A stretch of DNA of 64,000 nucleotides from Botryllus schlosseri. Its lineage: Eukaryota. Both the position numbers and the translations under genes were made by a program. The stretch is taken from the NCBI GenBank assembly GCA_051294905.1, contig CM119372.1, forward strand, positions 26,228,001 through 26,292,000. Reading direction: 5' to 3'. The notes beneath the pieces were generated by a model that worked only from the letters and a program-made list of their open reading frames with translations, was not told where the DNA came from and ran no database searches. How positions within the stretch are numbered: the stretch's first letter is position 1; every line of letters begins with the position of its first letter. Below are positions 24,271-38,057 of this stretch, piece by piece.

Positions 24271-25761
24271 CTATGTACAATTACTATGTACCATTTTAAG
24301 AAGTAGTTGGAAAATTTGAAAAAATGATTTTGAACAGCTCCGTTGTACAATTATTTCTCCAATGCTGTAACTGCAATGTATCTGTTCTTTTGTCACTGCA
24401 CATAGCTGCATGCACGCTTTTGCAGCATGCTGGCCTGGTGTAAATACCTCTCCATACATAAACATGAATTTGCTGATTCTCTATCAGCTGGTATCTAGAC
24501 GCGAATTCGTTGGTTCTCTATCAGATAGCATGTAGACGTGAGAATTCAGCTATTTGTGAGCTGTCGTCGATGTGCTCGTAAAAAACTGAATGCTTGTATT
24601 TGTGATGTATATCAGACTGACAAGACAGATTTTTGATTTTAAGTTCTAAGATTAGAGTTATCATATTGGTGGCCTGTCTCGTCTATCTGTAGCATCGGAA
24701 TCCGATATCACCCAAGCAGGATTGAAAACATGAGTTGAACATGACTTCAATACTGTGACTTGGACTCGACTCGAGTCATAACGCTATGACTCGGACTTGA
24801 CCCTTTAAAGTTTAAACGGTGACTTGGACTCGGACTCGACTCGGTGATGAACTGAAAATGACTCGACTTGACTCGAGTCAAAACCACAAAAGTAAGATTG
24901 ACTCGTGACTCGGAACCATGTGACTTGGTTACAACCCTGTGATACCCCTCTCGGAGAAATTTCATTTCAAAATTAGAAATTCAAATTTTTGTCATAAATT
25001 TGCTGTAAGTTGGCTGTAAGTTTGCTTTGAAGTTCTGTAACTGTTAGCATGGTAGACCTATGTCAAAAAACTTTTAGTATAGCACAGGTTTGAATGTCCG
25101 CTTTCCAAAAAAACCTTGAGTGAATCATTTAGGACAAATATGTCATACAAATTTTTGGTTCACCGTGATGCGACGAAACAAAATTTTATAATTGAGAAAA
25201 ACACTTACAAACATTTGCAAAGTAAAAAGTCAATGAACAAGTATCACCGATGTGATGATAAGAATGAGCGCCAGAATGCTTGAATGACAACTCACAACAA
25301 TCTAAAAAATTTGTACTCGGGGATAATATAGATAGATATATTTTATATCGGTCAAACCATATATATTTTATAGAGTTATCAGACAAAATATGCGAACTTC
25401 TGTTTGGAACTTGAAAAAAAAACACCCCCCCCCACCCCATTATCAAAGGAAAATAAAATTGAAAAATTGATGTTTTTAGTTATTGTTTGGGTGAAATAAG
25501 GCCATGAGGTGACAGCAGATATACAATGTTAATATTTCCTACCATGAAAAAAAAATCGAAAATTCTCATTTTTTGGGTTGCTAGTACATATAATACACTG
25601 GGGAATATAGGGTAAATATTTGACTCGGTCGGCCCGCAAACGTATTTTTGCTTCTCGTTTGGCCCGCAGAGAAAAATTATTGTCCACCCCTGCGTTATAC
25701 GGTCGGCGGTCGTATAATATCATCAGTAAAAAAGAGATACCAATTTTCAGGACATACCCCC

Positions 25762-27813
25762 CAGGGTTGTAATGACTCGAGTCATGACTCGACTCGAGTC
25801 AGACTCGAGTCACGATTTTTTTATGACTCGACTTGACTCGAGTCATTTTCTTGAAATGGGAAAATGACTCGACTCGACTCGAGTCAATATTTGGATTGAC
25901 TCGACTTGTACTCGAGTCATTACGCATGACTCGACCCAAGTCATTGACTCGGCTTATTTTATATGACTTGAAGATGAAGAAATTTGCGAATCGTAATGGC
26001 TAGATCAACGCATCCGACGAATTCTGCCGACATCGCTACTTGTCACCACTGCTTTCGTTGCACTTGTCTGATATCAGATATGCCACCGTAAAAACAACAG
26101 AAAATGATACATAGTAGCAATAATGCATTGTACAAAATTGTCCAGTGATGAAGAGGTAATAGATCCTCCGCAATTAAATTACTCAAGACTTTTCAATTAT
26201 GCAAGCAAACAATTGAAGCAAAGTTCAATTAGAGCCAATGAAACGACTCAGATGGTCAAGAGACTGATAAGCTCATGTGTAGATTTGAAGGCGATGATTC
26301 TTTGCATTTTTGGGCGACTAGAAAGAATGAGTATTCAATGCTCTTCAGTGTGGTTCAAAAATGCTTGTCAATTCCTGCATCAGGTGCACTAGTGGAACGT
26401 GTATTCAGTAGATGTGGATTCATTCTACAGCCATGCCGCTTTAACATATCTGAGGATCTCCTTTCCACATTAGTATTTTTGAGGTGTAACTCATTGATTT
26501 GATCTGCTGTCTGTGAAAACACACAATGCCCCTCGTCCATTTGACGTTTTGTTAGGTATGTGCATTGTGCACGTGAGTATAATAATGAATGGCTAATGTT
26601 GTGTGATGTTTGTACAATGTGGCTGTTCTAAAATAACTTCTTTTTTATTTTACTGGGTGGTTACTTGATAAAATTGTTATGTTGCATAAAAGGAACACTG
26701 AATCTGGCTTAATTTGAAAAAAGTGGAATCAATGATGTGAGAGGAGAATATTTTGGATTTGAAAATAAATGGAGTATTTTAGTGAGAACTTCTTTCATAT
26801 AATATAATTACATAGTAGTAATGCGACTATTTTTTCATATCCTAAACATTCTACTCTAAAAACTTCACTTTTTCGAGTTGGAATTGAGTCAAATTTGCTA
26901 TGAATCATGTTTTTACACAATGTAACAATATCATGAGATAGCCGGTAAAATTCTAAAATCTCTATTTGTAATTAGTCTAAAATTTCCTTTCATAGCATTG
27001 CTTTCTACTGGTTGGAATTGAGCCAAATTTGATTTTTTAGGCAATCTAGCAATTTTAAGAAGTAGCCGGAAAATTTGAAAAAATGTTTTTGAACAGCCCC
27101 ATTGTACAATTATTTATCGAATGCTGTAACTGCGATGTAGTCTGTAATGCAATTGGGAAAACCTTTAGTATAATCAAAAGGTATCTGTTCTGTTGTCACT
27201 GCACAATGCACATAGTTGCATGCACGCTTTTACAGCATGCTGGCCTGTTGTAAATACCTCTACATAAACATGCATCTATTGATTCTCTATCAACTAGTAT
27301 CTTGACGTGAATTTGTTGGTTCTCTATCAGATAGTATGTAGACGTGAATTCGTTGGTTCTCTATCAGCTATTCGTTAGCTATCGTCGATGTGCTCATAAT
27401 AAAAACTGAATGCTTGTATTGGTAATGTATCAGACTGACAAGTGAGATATTTGATTTAAGTTCTAAGATTAGTAAAGTTATATTTGGCATCGGTAAATGA
27501 GGCCAGGACCTGTCCGTTATCTGCCTAAATAAACACGTGCCAAGACTCTGATAGGGACAAAATGAGCATGTTTCGCAAACAAGGAATTCGATATCACCCA
27601 AGCAGGATTGAAAACATGAGTTGAACATGACTTCAATACTGTGACTTGGACTCGACTCGAGTCATAACACCATGACTCGGACTTGACCCTTTAAACGGTG
27701 ACTTGGACTCGGACTCGAGTCTGTGATGAATTGAAAATGACTCGACTCGAGTCAAAATCACAAAAGTATGATTGACTCGTGACTCGGAACCATGTGACTT
27801 GGTTACAACCCTG
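25762..27813 (+). mobile_element. Family E long form: internally deleted hAT retaining the C-terminal dimerisation domain
   Basis: TIR CAGGGTTGTAA; perfect TSD ataccccc; ORF 26275-26502 DSLHFW...EYSMLFSVVQKCLSIPASGALVERVFSRCG...LVFLRCN matches the hATC motif of Ac/ZBED-type transposases. Confidence 0.9.
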
Positions 27814-29424
27814 ATACCCCCAAGCAATCGAAATCAATACAAAAATCGATCTCTAGTTGTTTGCAGTCCATTTAGAGATAATGATAAAGCCTATGATCCA
27901 ATCCCCAATGTCAAACTCCAGTCGTTACGCGGATAGGAGAAGCAAGCTGCTGGAATTTCTCTTTCATTTCCAGTTATAAGTGTCTGGTCACTTATTAGAA
28001 ATTCTGGTCGTTCCGCACATCACGCCTGAAGTCCGATCCTCCCCACCAAAATTGAGAACAGATAAATCGATAACTGATTTTTACGACAACGAGATGGAAC
28101 TGTTCTGTTCCACAAGTTGCAATACACTGCCACTGATGCTAACTGATGCATAACCATCAGAATCCAATATATTATTCGTGGATTCATAGTAATTTAATCG
28201 AAAGCTGGTACGGATACAATATATGCAATATACATAGCAATTCACAGTAGGCATAAGATTACTTCGTTCGAAATTAAAAATAAAGAGGACTCGGTAAGAT
28301 AACGGGCGGCACTGAGAGAACGAACCGCGCCGGATCGAAGGAGGTTCTATTTTTAGAAGAATAACTTTTTTCCGCACGTTTTCTGCAATGATTGGCAACC
28401 TGTATCGCTCTAAATTGAGTTGCAATGTCACAATCAGAGTTTGCATCAAGTGGGAAGTCACTACAAATTTTCGTTGGAGTGGAGTCGACAGAAATCGTTT
28501 TCAGAGGTTTTCAAGTGAAGTAACTCATAGTTTCACAGGGACTCGGCTGCAGTCAAGTAATCTAAAATGTCCGCTTTCGAGTCAATTTCAAGTCATCAAA
28601 TAATTTCAATTTGTTTCGTTTGATTTTAAAGAGGCAGGTGTCGATGTATGGCTTCATATTGCCCAGAGCCGCTAGACTACGCCGAAATAGTCAAATTTAC
28701 AGCCATGCTTTTTTAATATTACAAATATATGAGTTAACACGGATATGTAAGTTTATGTAAATTAATGAGCATACTGTCCATGGGATACACTCTATTCAAA
28801 ATAGTATGGAGTATAATTGCTCAATGCCGGCAGTAATACAATTGCAGCGACGATCTAATTTGGAGTAGAGCAGAGCTAATGTTCGTGCTTGTATGAGTCA
28901 TTTGTTATCAAAGTCCGCCGAAATTACCAAGAAAGGACAAACTTAAATTTTTATACACCTCACTCAATATATTTACGCATAGTTGTAATATCTAAATGGC
29001 ATTCACGACTGTTGTGACGTGGTTGTAGAAGTTGTTGTAGAAGATGTCGCTGCTGACAGAACTAACCACATCGGTAATGTGACCGCAAATGGAATCAAAT
29101 CAATACGAATTAGTTTTTATCACATGTATTTGCGAAGTAGTATATTTTAGGACTTGGGAATTGACTCGTTCCACATTTTTCATGTGCCGTGTCCCGTCAA
29201 GTAAAGTCAATTTAGGGTAGTGACTCGTGTAAGTTCAAATGATTCAGAAAACATGACTCCAGACTGACTCAGTCGAGTCAGTACTCGACCGACAGCGGGC
29301 TGCAGTTTGCCAAGTCCGTCGTGAACTCTAAGGGAATCCTTGCTCTAACACGACAATTGTAATAAACCATCTCGTTTTATGGCAACTGGAAACGCATCAT
29401 TCAACAACTCAGATAATGAGATAG

Positions 29425-29553
29425 TTTGTTTATAGTGTTCATGGTGTTTGTCGACTACCATTTACAACAGGCCAACGTTCTTCGTTTTAATTCCGTAGCT
29501 GCCTAATTGTAGCACGGCCATCTTCTAGGCGTTTTAAAGACACCGCTTACACG
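29425..29553 (-). mobile_element. 5'-truncated SINE copy
   Basis: Reverse complement of the SINE 3' half (GGCCGTGCTACAA...GTAGTCGACAAACACCATGAA). Confidence 0.7.
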
Positions 29554-30033
29554 ATATTCTTCGCATCACTGCTTTATACCAAACGTATACAAAAGAGATG
29601 AGCCTAGTTCCGGATTTGACGATACCGGATTGAACGTTTTAACCGTGTCCGGTTAAACAATTTTCAGAAACTGGATTAAGATTTGGAATTTCTAGAAATT
29701 TTCAATTTTCATGAGAATTTCGAGTAAATGTAATATTATATAGGCTCATATTCTCTTCGGATTCAGGCATGACAAAATAAATTAGGGTTAAATAATATAT
29801 TCATATTGAAACCAGTCAAATCGTCAGCAGCTAGTAAAAAATTGAAATTTGAAATAAATTGGAAATATTAATTCGGACTCAAATCCGGACTATGATTTGT
29901 ATTCGGAAATACTGAATACGCTAGGGGACATCATCGGATTGCAGAATCTCTCGAAACAGTGATTTGATCGTGGATTAGCGAATCGATAAGCGAGATCACA
30001 TAACGAATCACGGATATAATAAAGAACAATAAT

Positions 30034-30289
30034 TTAATCTTTAATTTTCGTATCGAGCTGATAGTCCCGATTCGGAATGAACGAGTCCATGGCCTGGTCT
30101 GAACCGAGGAAATTTCCAAGCAAAACCAACGCTTGTTGAGGCATCCACGTTGCAGCGTTGTATGCTAGATACATCGCACGCGGCACAGCAATCATTTTCT
30201 GGTTGGTCAGAACGGCGTGCATCACTCTTTCGACACATTCTTCCGGTTTGAGCGGCGGTATCAAGTCAGGGAAACGTAGGGTGAGGCCT
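30034..30289 (-). CDS. SDR16C dehydrogenase exon 6 (terminal)
   Basis: ttacAG|A GGC. Encodes GLTLRFPDLIPPLKPEECVERVMHAVLTNQKMIAVPR...TKIKD*. Total CDS 936 nt = 311 aa. Confidence 0.93.
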
Positions 30290-31484
30290 CTGTAACGACA
30301 TAAGAGCGTTATACTACTTCTATGAACAGCATAGTTCGTTAATATGCGATCATCTGCGGAAACATTTCCTCGTTTCGTGATATCGCAATAATGCGACTTC
30401 GTCAAAAGGTAGTATAAACGTGTCATCGATCCAAGTGGTCTATAATATTCAATCGAAGCTATTGAATTTGGAAGCAAACGAATTTTTCTGCAAAGACAGC
30501 CACAACTTTACATCCTGGCTGCAGGGCGGGCATGACACAAATATAAATTTTCAAACTTACTTTACTAATGCACATTTCTCGCCATTCCTTTGCTATTTCT
30601 ACGTCCAGTAATATTACAAGCCTTAAAAAGCGATGATTCTACCTGCAATTGAGCAGATATTAACGGCGGCACTTCTAATTGTTCTCAAGTATCACCAATG
30701 GTTACTTCGATCACTTCTGACGGACAATCGATACATTAATTCGACTGTTTATATATGAAAAAAATATTAGGATTTGAGAATTACCTTAGCTATAACAAGC
30801 AAAACAACATTTTGATTCGGAATTAAGATTTGCGAAAGATGATCGCCCAAACTTTCAAAATTGTATTTGGAATACAAGTCTGTATTGGGCTGTCCTTATT
30901 GTGCACACAGTTAACTTTGTTGTGACCTTACTGACCGTCCTTTTTGTTCACGCAACAGTCATGACATTGGGCTTAGTAAGATTACAATAATCAGTCTTAC
31001 AGTTCAGTAGACAAAGTATTAACAGGGATTAGTTTCCAGTAAAGCTGAATTATAAAAGTTTATCAATCCACGAGGTACAGCAACGTCCCCCAGTAGGCAG
31101 CAAGACAAAATGGCCGCTTACCATTTTGAGGCCTTGAACCGTATAGTTGGACATTTAGACTCTTGCTTTGTTAGTAAATACACAGATACGTCCGTTTCTG
31201 AAAATTTCACGGCGCGCTACATTGGCATTATCTTAGAATTTACCGATGCCGTCGCGGCAAAATTTGTATTAAGCTTCTTTGGTATTAATACTCAAACATG
31301 AAGAAAACAACATGGTTTGAATTTCATTGGATCGTTTTGGTGTCAATGGAATATTTGATGCGATAGTTTATATTCAACGCTAGGGTCCTCGATTCTTTGC
31401 AATCATTCAATAATGTGGATAGCCAGATAACCCCGGATATCTTCGAACAATGTAGGATCATATAATAGGACAGTCACAGACTCA

Positions 31485-32402
31485 GTCACGTGAATCTCAC
31501 AAATTTAGAGATTCACGTTCACAAACGAACCTTGATAGGTTCTGCACTGTGAACCTTTTTCATATATTACAATCTTTACTTCATTATAACATCTTTGGGT
31601 AAAATTTATTGCATTTCAACTGCGGGCCACTATATGCATGACGCTGGCAGCAACACAAATCAAGACTAAACGAGCATGCACCTTGACAATCTCAAAATAT
31701 TTACTTGCTATGTAACAAAAGTTTGCTCGAATATTTAGTGACTCTCTGCTGTGAGCTTGACCAGCAATCACACAGCATCAAGAGCAAAATACACTACAGG
31801 TACGTATAGTCAGCGAATGATGCCTATTCAACCAATCAATGCAATTTAAATCGTCGTTGGGTGTAAAAAATCTAGCAGGCGTACGAGGTTAATCTTGATT
31901 TCATATGTTTATTGTATCACAGAAACCAAATCCGTGCGATTGGGGTGTTGGATACTGCTGTGTAACTTGTTAATGGTGTAATATCGGTAGCAAGTGTAAA
32001 AACCGTTTCACACTATGCTCAATATCTACGTAGCAATACACAGACGCCGAATACATTGTCTGGTCTGGCCTAGACCGTTAAGGCATAAGCTTTTATTCCC
32101 TTGCAAATTCTCGCCTAAATTGTTGGCAAAGCGACGGACGATATTGAATTTATGGGATTATTATATCACTTGATTGCCCCAGTTGATACATTTGGCGACG
32201 TTTAAAACGTCAATATGTACTTCAGTACTGTGGCATTATATGATACCCGAGTGGTCGCTTGGTATCGTATAAATTAATATAGGATATAGGGTATAGGCTG
32301 AAATGTAGGGTTCCACGTAGCAATATGACATCACGTGACGTCACGAGGTTAACGTTCGCGTTCACACGAACCTGAACCTTTCAGAAGTTCACACTACCCC
32401 TA
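31485..32402. mobile_element. MITE family F copy
   Basis: Colinear with 54090-55039; left end eroded. Confidence 0.8.
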
Positions 32403-34121
32403 CTAGCAATGTCTCACGGTCGTAGACAGGCTAAAGTGATTTTTGTTGGAAATAGCATTGTTACGTTACGCCAGTCATTTGTTCGTGTTCACAGCGAACC
32501 TTTCATAAAAGCTGGCGCTCACATGAACCAGGAGCATTTAGGGATTCACACCATTCCTCATACAGCGGCTAAATCTTTTTACATCATGCATCATGGCTCT
32601 TCAACGGGGTCTATCGTACACCCCACGGTGTACCATTATTTTGAAAGGGTGTACCTCTCGAATGGGGTGTAAAGGGTTGTACCAGATCCGCATTATAATG
32701 AGCCGATGAATAGCTAATACAATAAATAGGCAATTTTATGCTTCAGAACAGGTTGACCGGATGTGCCATGCCGTACAATGTTCATGTCAATTGTATACAG
32801 CTTGTAATTTATATTCCTTTTGTGATGTCATACGCAAATGCTTCTCTCCATCATTTAACCTTTGGTAATGGACTTATTGGTTCTTTTTGAAGTAGAACAG
32901 GATGGAGTTAGCATATGTTCAGCTTGCGATATCTGTCTATATTGATTTTCGAAGAAACCACCTCGATAGCTCAGACATTTTCAATTGGTGTTTCCTGCGG
33001 CAAGCTTATAAATAGCCCAGTGTACATAATTGCATGGGCGTAGCCAGGGGGTCTAGACAGAGGATCGAGTTTGAGAACCAATGTGTTAGATGGTGGTCTG
33101 GTAACCTCGAGCCCTGAGTAGTAATTAGCATTTCCTATACGTTACGTTGCGTCCTTGCTCATCCTTATTTCGATTAAGCCAGGGGTGTCCAGCCTGCGGA
33201 CGTTCAGCAGCATGCAGCGGTAAGACCATAATTATGCGGCTGTCTAAACATAATTAAATTAGCGTGTGTTGGCGGTCGTCAATATGCAATTTGAATTTAC
33301 GAATTGGTTCCCAAATCTTTTTTCTTCGCGCATGGTGCGATTCATGGTGACTTGGATATTTCGTTTTTAACATAATAATATCCTTGCAATATGAGCCCCA
33401 CCGTACAAATGCGGGCGATTGGGCGATTTCAATATATTTTGACTATACCGACAATCCTGATGGGAGGTCAAGAAATAACAGCATGCAACAAAGCGATTAA
33501 TAAAAACCGGAAGATGCATCATCAGTAATTTTTCAAAGACACCCCATTCATAAGCTCTACAAGTTAATCTGATCATGTACATTGAGAATTAATAAAAAAT
33601 TGACAGTCATGGTTGAAACTACCAGAATTATCGACAAAATTATTTCAAGGGCTTGAATAACATTTTCACGCTACGCGCGGCTATAAACCTAACCCAGTAC
33701 CTTTTCCTGACATTTATACTCATGGTTTTGATGCATATATAATGCCTGCTGAGATGTTCTGCGTCTACATTTAGAAAATTTTATACGCAAGGGATATCTC
33801 AAGAAATCAGTGATGGCACAAAATACTTGAATGGCTCTCCGCGCTGCAAAGTTCCCTTCCCGGTAGCCAATTTAACATCAGTATGTGTCGTCCATGGGCC
33901 ATGACGACTCTCCGCTGGAATGCTATATATCTAATCGAAATGCAACTTACTACGGTATCGGTGTACTATATGGTCAAGGGTGTACGAGTTTTGAGTAAAC
34001 GCTAAAAGAGTGTACCACGACGAAAACGGTTGAAGAGCACTGCATTACATAACAAAATCTAGTAATCCTAATCAATCGCAAAAGGTTGAACCTGTAAGCA
34101 AAATATCGGCATTTTACTCAC

Positions 34122-34278
34122 TTAAACATGCCAGTATCGATATGATACGGGCACACCAGCGTTGTATTCACGCCGTACGACTTTTTACTTTGTAAGTCGA
34201 GCTCCAAAGCGTTGTGGAATCCAACTGCGGCGTGTTTGCTGGAAACGTAACTTGTCATACCGGCGTTTGCAAAGAGAC
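34122..34278 (-). CDS. SDR16C dehydrogenase exon 5 (catalytic YxxxK)
   Basis: cacAG|GT...AA|gtgagt. Encodes LFANAGMTSYVSSKHAAVGFHNALELDL...TTLVCPYHIDTGMF. Confidence 0.95.
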
Positions 34279-35309
34279 CTGTGGTAATGAAAGGTATATG
34301 CATTCCAATACATTCATATATTCCTTATACTTGACTACTAGCGTGAAACAGTTATATTTAAGCTCGGCATAAATTAATTTCGGGGAAAATATAGTACTAC
34401 TTCGGCCCGCGATAAAATGAACTACAGTGGCTCCCAACGTTTTTGTCCTGTGAATCCATTCGGTATATTTTAATGTCTGTAGCTTCCCTGCCCCTAAAAA
34501 TTTCAAGTGTTTTCATCGATGCTTACAAGCTATACTACCGCTGGTTAAGTAAGACTTTGGCCTCTAATACTAATTTTCATACTGATGTAGTAGTAGAGAT
34601 GGACAGAATAGATGAGTCGATCCATGCAATATGAACATTTTCTTGCTCGACTGCTCATTGCTCACTAACGGGTGGCTACGTAATATTATTATTATTATTA
34701 TGATCAAGAACTCAAATGATTGAATTGCTAATTATTGCACAAAAACGTAAAATGTTTCCATGTACGTGTCTACATTTTTTGGTTAGAACTGCCTGTCCTT
34801 ATGAAATTAAGTCACTTAGTAGGAATGGGAAAGGCATTGAACAGCATAAGTTGTTGGCCGGCATCACAGAATTTCCGTGCACACTGATGTAGTGCTGGTG
34901 ACACGCCATGTTGCTTCATACTGATATTATCGTTTACATCAGTGGTTTTCCACCGCCTGTGGGCGGACCGGTGCCGACCCGTGGCAGGTTTTCCGACAGT
35001 CCGTAAATATATTAGACTTTTATATCTGAAGAGCTTCTTGGAGGTACAGAATTTCAATATACAATTGAATAGTATATTTATAATGAAATAAACCCGAATA
35101 TTTTCGGCTGACATTCGTCAGGGGTAATCGTCAACAACTAGTAGAGAATTGGAAAGAACATTGTATATCAACAATCGTATCACAAAATATGACGTCACCA
35201 GCATAGTGAGTGTCAGCCGAAATTATTCGGGTTTGTTTCAATATGGATATACTATTCAACTTTTATATCTATCTCAATTTCAAAATGCAAGATTTTGGAC
35301 GCTTTAAAG

Positions 35310-35712
35310 CAGTGGTTCCGAACGTGGGCGATATCCCCTCCAAGTGGACGATTTTGAAAAGGAAGGGGCGGAAATACCAAAGGTGGGCGATTGGGGACGA
35401 AAATGTTGGAACGTCCAGTGACATATATGAAATGAACACGGCCAAAAATGGACGTGAAGACAGCTTATTCTGCATATGACGCAAGGGTTGACTAAAAAAA
35501 GTCAACCCGACGGGAAGTATTGGCTGAAGCCGCTTTTCCGAGCAAGATTTCGAAAAAAATGACTTTTATAGCCAACTCACACCAGCGATCAGAGTTAGGT
35601 GAATAAATTTCCCGTTAATATGTCCTTTTTTCGGATCCGGAAATATCGGGGGAGAAAATTTGCGTTGAGCTTGATAGGAGGCGATGAGTCGAAAAAAGAT
35701 TTGGAATCACTG
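35310..35712. mobile_element. MITE family A copy
   Basis: Ends CAGTGGTTCC / GGAATCACTG; TSD ctttaaag/ctttagag; colinear with 846-1251. Confidence 0.85.
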
Positions 35713-36817
35713 CTTTAGAGATATAAAGCGCAAAATATTAATTTTATTCAGAAGTTTGGAAGGTAATGTTCTGCATGGTGTCGGAATAGACAATTCATGG
35801 TCTACTTTGGGTGTGGGTCACGATAGCACAAGTGCTGAATGAATCTGTCAAATAGCAGTCTACAACTAGACGAACTCGTTTCGAACTAGTTATATATGAA
35901 AGTCACGAATACTTTTGAAACAAATCTTGATAAATCCCAACAGAGCAATTAAGCGACACTCGTAAACCAAAACAGGAAAGTCGCATTGCTTGCAAAGGAA
36001 ACCGAACACTCACAATCAAGGCAAGGGTCTATACCAGTACTATGTAAGCTTCATCTTGCAAAACATCAATAGAACCAAGTATAAATATCTACTTTCCAAA
36101 ATGCAGCATTAAATGGTGATCCCAATATTACATCTGACTTGCATACATTTTTCGTACTTAAATTTAGGTTTGATACTGATTTTTGCAAAATCACCGGTCC
36201 GCAGCAATTGTTTTGAAGTCTTACCGGTCCGAGATGTCAAAAAGGTCTAGAACCTCAGCATGGTTTACATCGCAGTTTCACATCTTGCCCTCCTATATAT
36301 ATAACAGTGGTCCTCAAAGGTTTAGAGCAGTGGTTCCCAACCTGTGGTACGCGTACCACTAGTGGTACGCGAAGGTCTTCCAGGTGGTACGCGAGTAGAT
36401 TCTATTTTTTTTATATCGAATGAAGTTATTTTTAGGTGGGGTTGATTTTGAGAAGATTGTTCACCAATAAACTTCTTGCTTAGCACGGCCTCCTCGTACT
36501 CGACGCTATAGCTTCTCGCGTTATTCCCCATCTGCCAATTTTTCATTCTACGTTGGAGTCCGAGCAAGGATTTTCATCCCCGATGACCGACAAGTCGAAG
36601 AAACAAAATCCACTTGTTGCGCCCATGCTGCATGACTTTTGATGCGCTGTGAGCAAACGTATGCCACGCATCGACCAGCTGGTGGAAAATAAACAAACGC
36701 AGCCATCACATTAAATAAATTGACTTTTGTTGTTATTTCATTATGTTGTTCATCTTGTGACTGGTGGTGAAAAAAAAATCCATGCATCCCATCAACCCTG
36801 GCTGATAATGCTTAGTG

Positions 36818-38057
36818 CAGGGGTGGCCAACCTGCGGCCGTAGAGGGAAATTTGTGCGGCCGTGGACATCTAATTCAATTAGCAGGCCTATGTGTTGGCG
36901 GCCGTCGACATGCAATTTGAATTTACGAATTGACTCCCGATTTCTTGAAAGCTTTCAAATAATCTTGTTAATGTGACTTCATTTTTCGATTTCAATATAG
37001 TATAGCGCCCTTTGCAATCAGAGCCCCACAATACAGATACGAACAGCAGAGGGAAATGATGTGCATCATGAAAAAATACCAACATGGAATCGTGTGCTCC
37101 TCACTATACCGACAATGCTGATAGGAGGTCTATAAATAACAGCATGCAACAAAATGAATATTAACTATTGGACCGCCCGAAGATGCATCATAATTTATAA
37201 CTGGCCCTATACTTTCGAAAACACCGCAACCAACCAACCAACCACAGAGCAGACGTGAATGGACTTCCGAAAAGGTATCAAGCGATTATGTTCCGACTAC
37301 AAACCGAACATTGTGGACTACAAGCACATCTATTCAAATTGGGAATAGCAGATTCAGCCAATTGATCAACGTGCCGCCAAGAAGAGAGTGTCGCCCATTA
37401 TTTACTGACATTACTGAAATTATAGACACCAGAGAACAGTTCTCGAGGACACGTGTCGGAGGAAGAATATCGCTCCCACCGTAACAAACTTGTTGACTGA
37501 CACGCATATTCTTCCATGCATACGTTGTGGAATTCGTTCTCGCAACAAAGCCATATATTTGAGTTTATATTTTGTAATGTAATACCCACCCCTAGATGAT
37601 AAATGACTTTTTGGATATGGCGAACAAAACCACTCGCGTTATAATCGCCAATCAAATAATAATCAACAACAACAACACCCCCTGCATCAAGTCTATACCG
37701 GTGAATCTGATCACATTGGCTGAGAAAGGATAAATGTTTGATAGTAATATGTAAAACTACTAATATCAATGACGAAATTCATTAGTGAATCTGGAAACTA
37801 TTTCTCGCTTCTCGCGGCTTTGAGCAGTCCCTTGCCATTACCAGTGAGCAGTGACCACTCGCGATTTCGGTGCGTATAGGACGCCTATATCATTAAATAT
37901 ATTAGTCCGCAGTTCACCGGAAATGGGCATATACACTTTGACCGGGGTATTTGGCGTCCAGCTCGTTCATTACGACTATTATGCCCTGGAATGCGGCCGT
38001 GGGCTACATGAGTGGTCGAAATGCGGCTGTGAATGGAAAAAAGGTTGACCACCCCTG
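36818..38057. mobile_element. MITE family D copy (nested)
   Basis: TIR CAGGGGTGG(C/T)CAACCT; colinear with 9953-11126. Confidence 0.8.
37226..37677 (+). mobile_element. 5'-truncated non-LTR retrotransposon 3' end (I/Ingi/Nimb-like)
   Basis: Reads YQAIMFRLQTEHCGLQAHLFKLGIADSAN*STCRQEESVAHYLL, the C-terminal CCHC knuckle region of LINE ORF2 with first Cys mutated to stop; (CAA)n tail; absent from the family D copy near 10345. Confidence 0.75.

Larger units (their letters stand above)
21705..24939 (+). mobile_element. Family E long form, 5'-truncated and interrupted by two insertions
   Basis: Colinear with 25762-27813; right TIR TTACAACCCTG; interrupted at 22193-23414 and 23589-24270. Confidence 0.8.

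Noticed and set aside
25770..25950. Clustered GACTCGAGTC palindromes as CRISPR or operator array
   Set aside because: Irregularly spaced subterminal motifs of a hAT element with TIR and TSD.
17219..30033. Downstream TIR-domain exon for the LRR gene
   Set aside because: No TIR box motifs recognised; the interval is mostly transposon-derived. A small exon could have been missed by eye.
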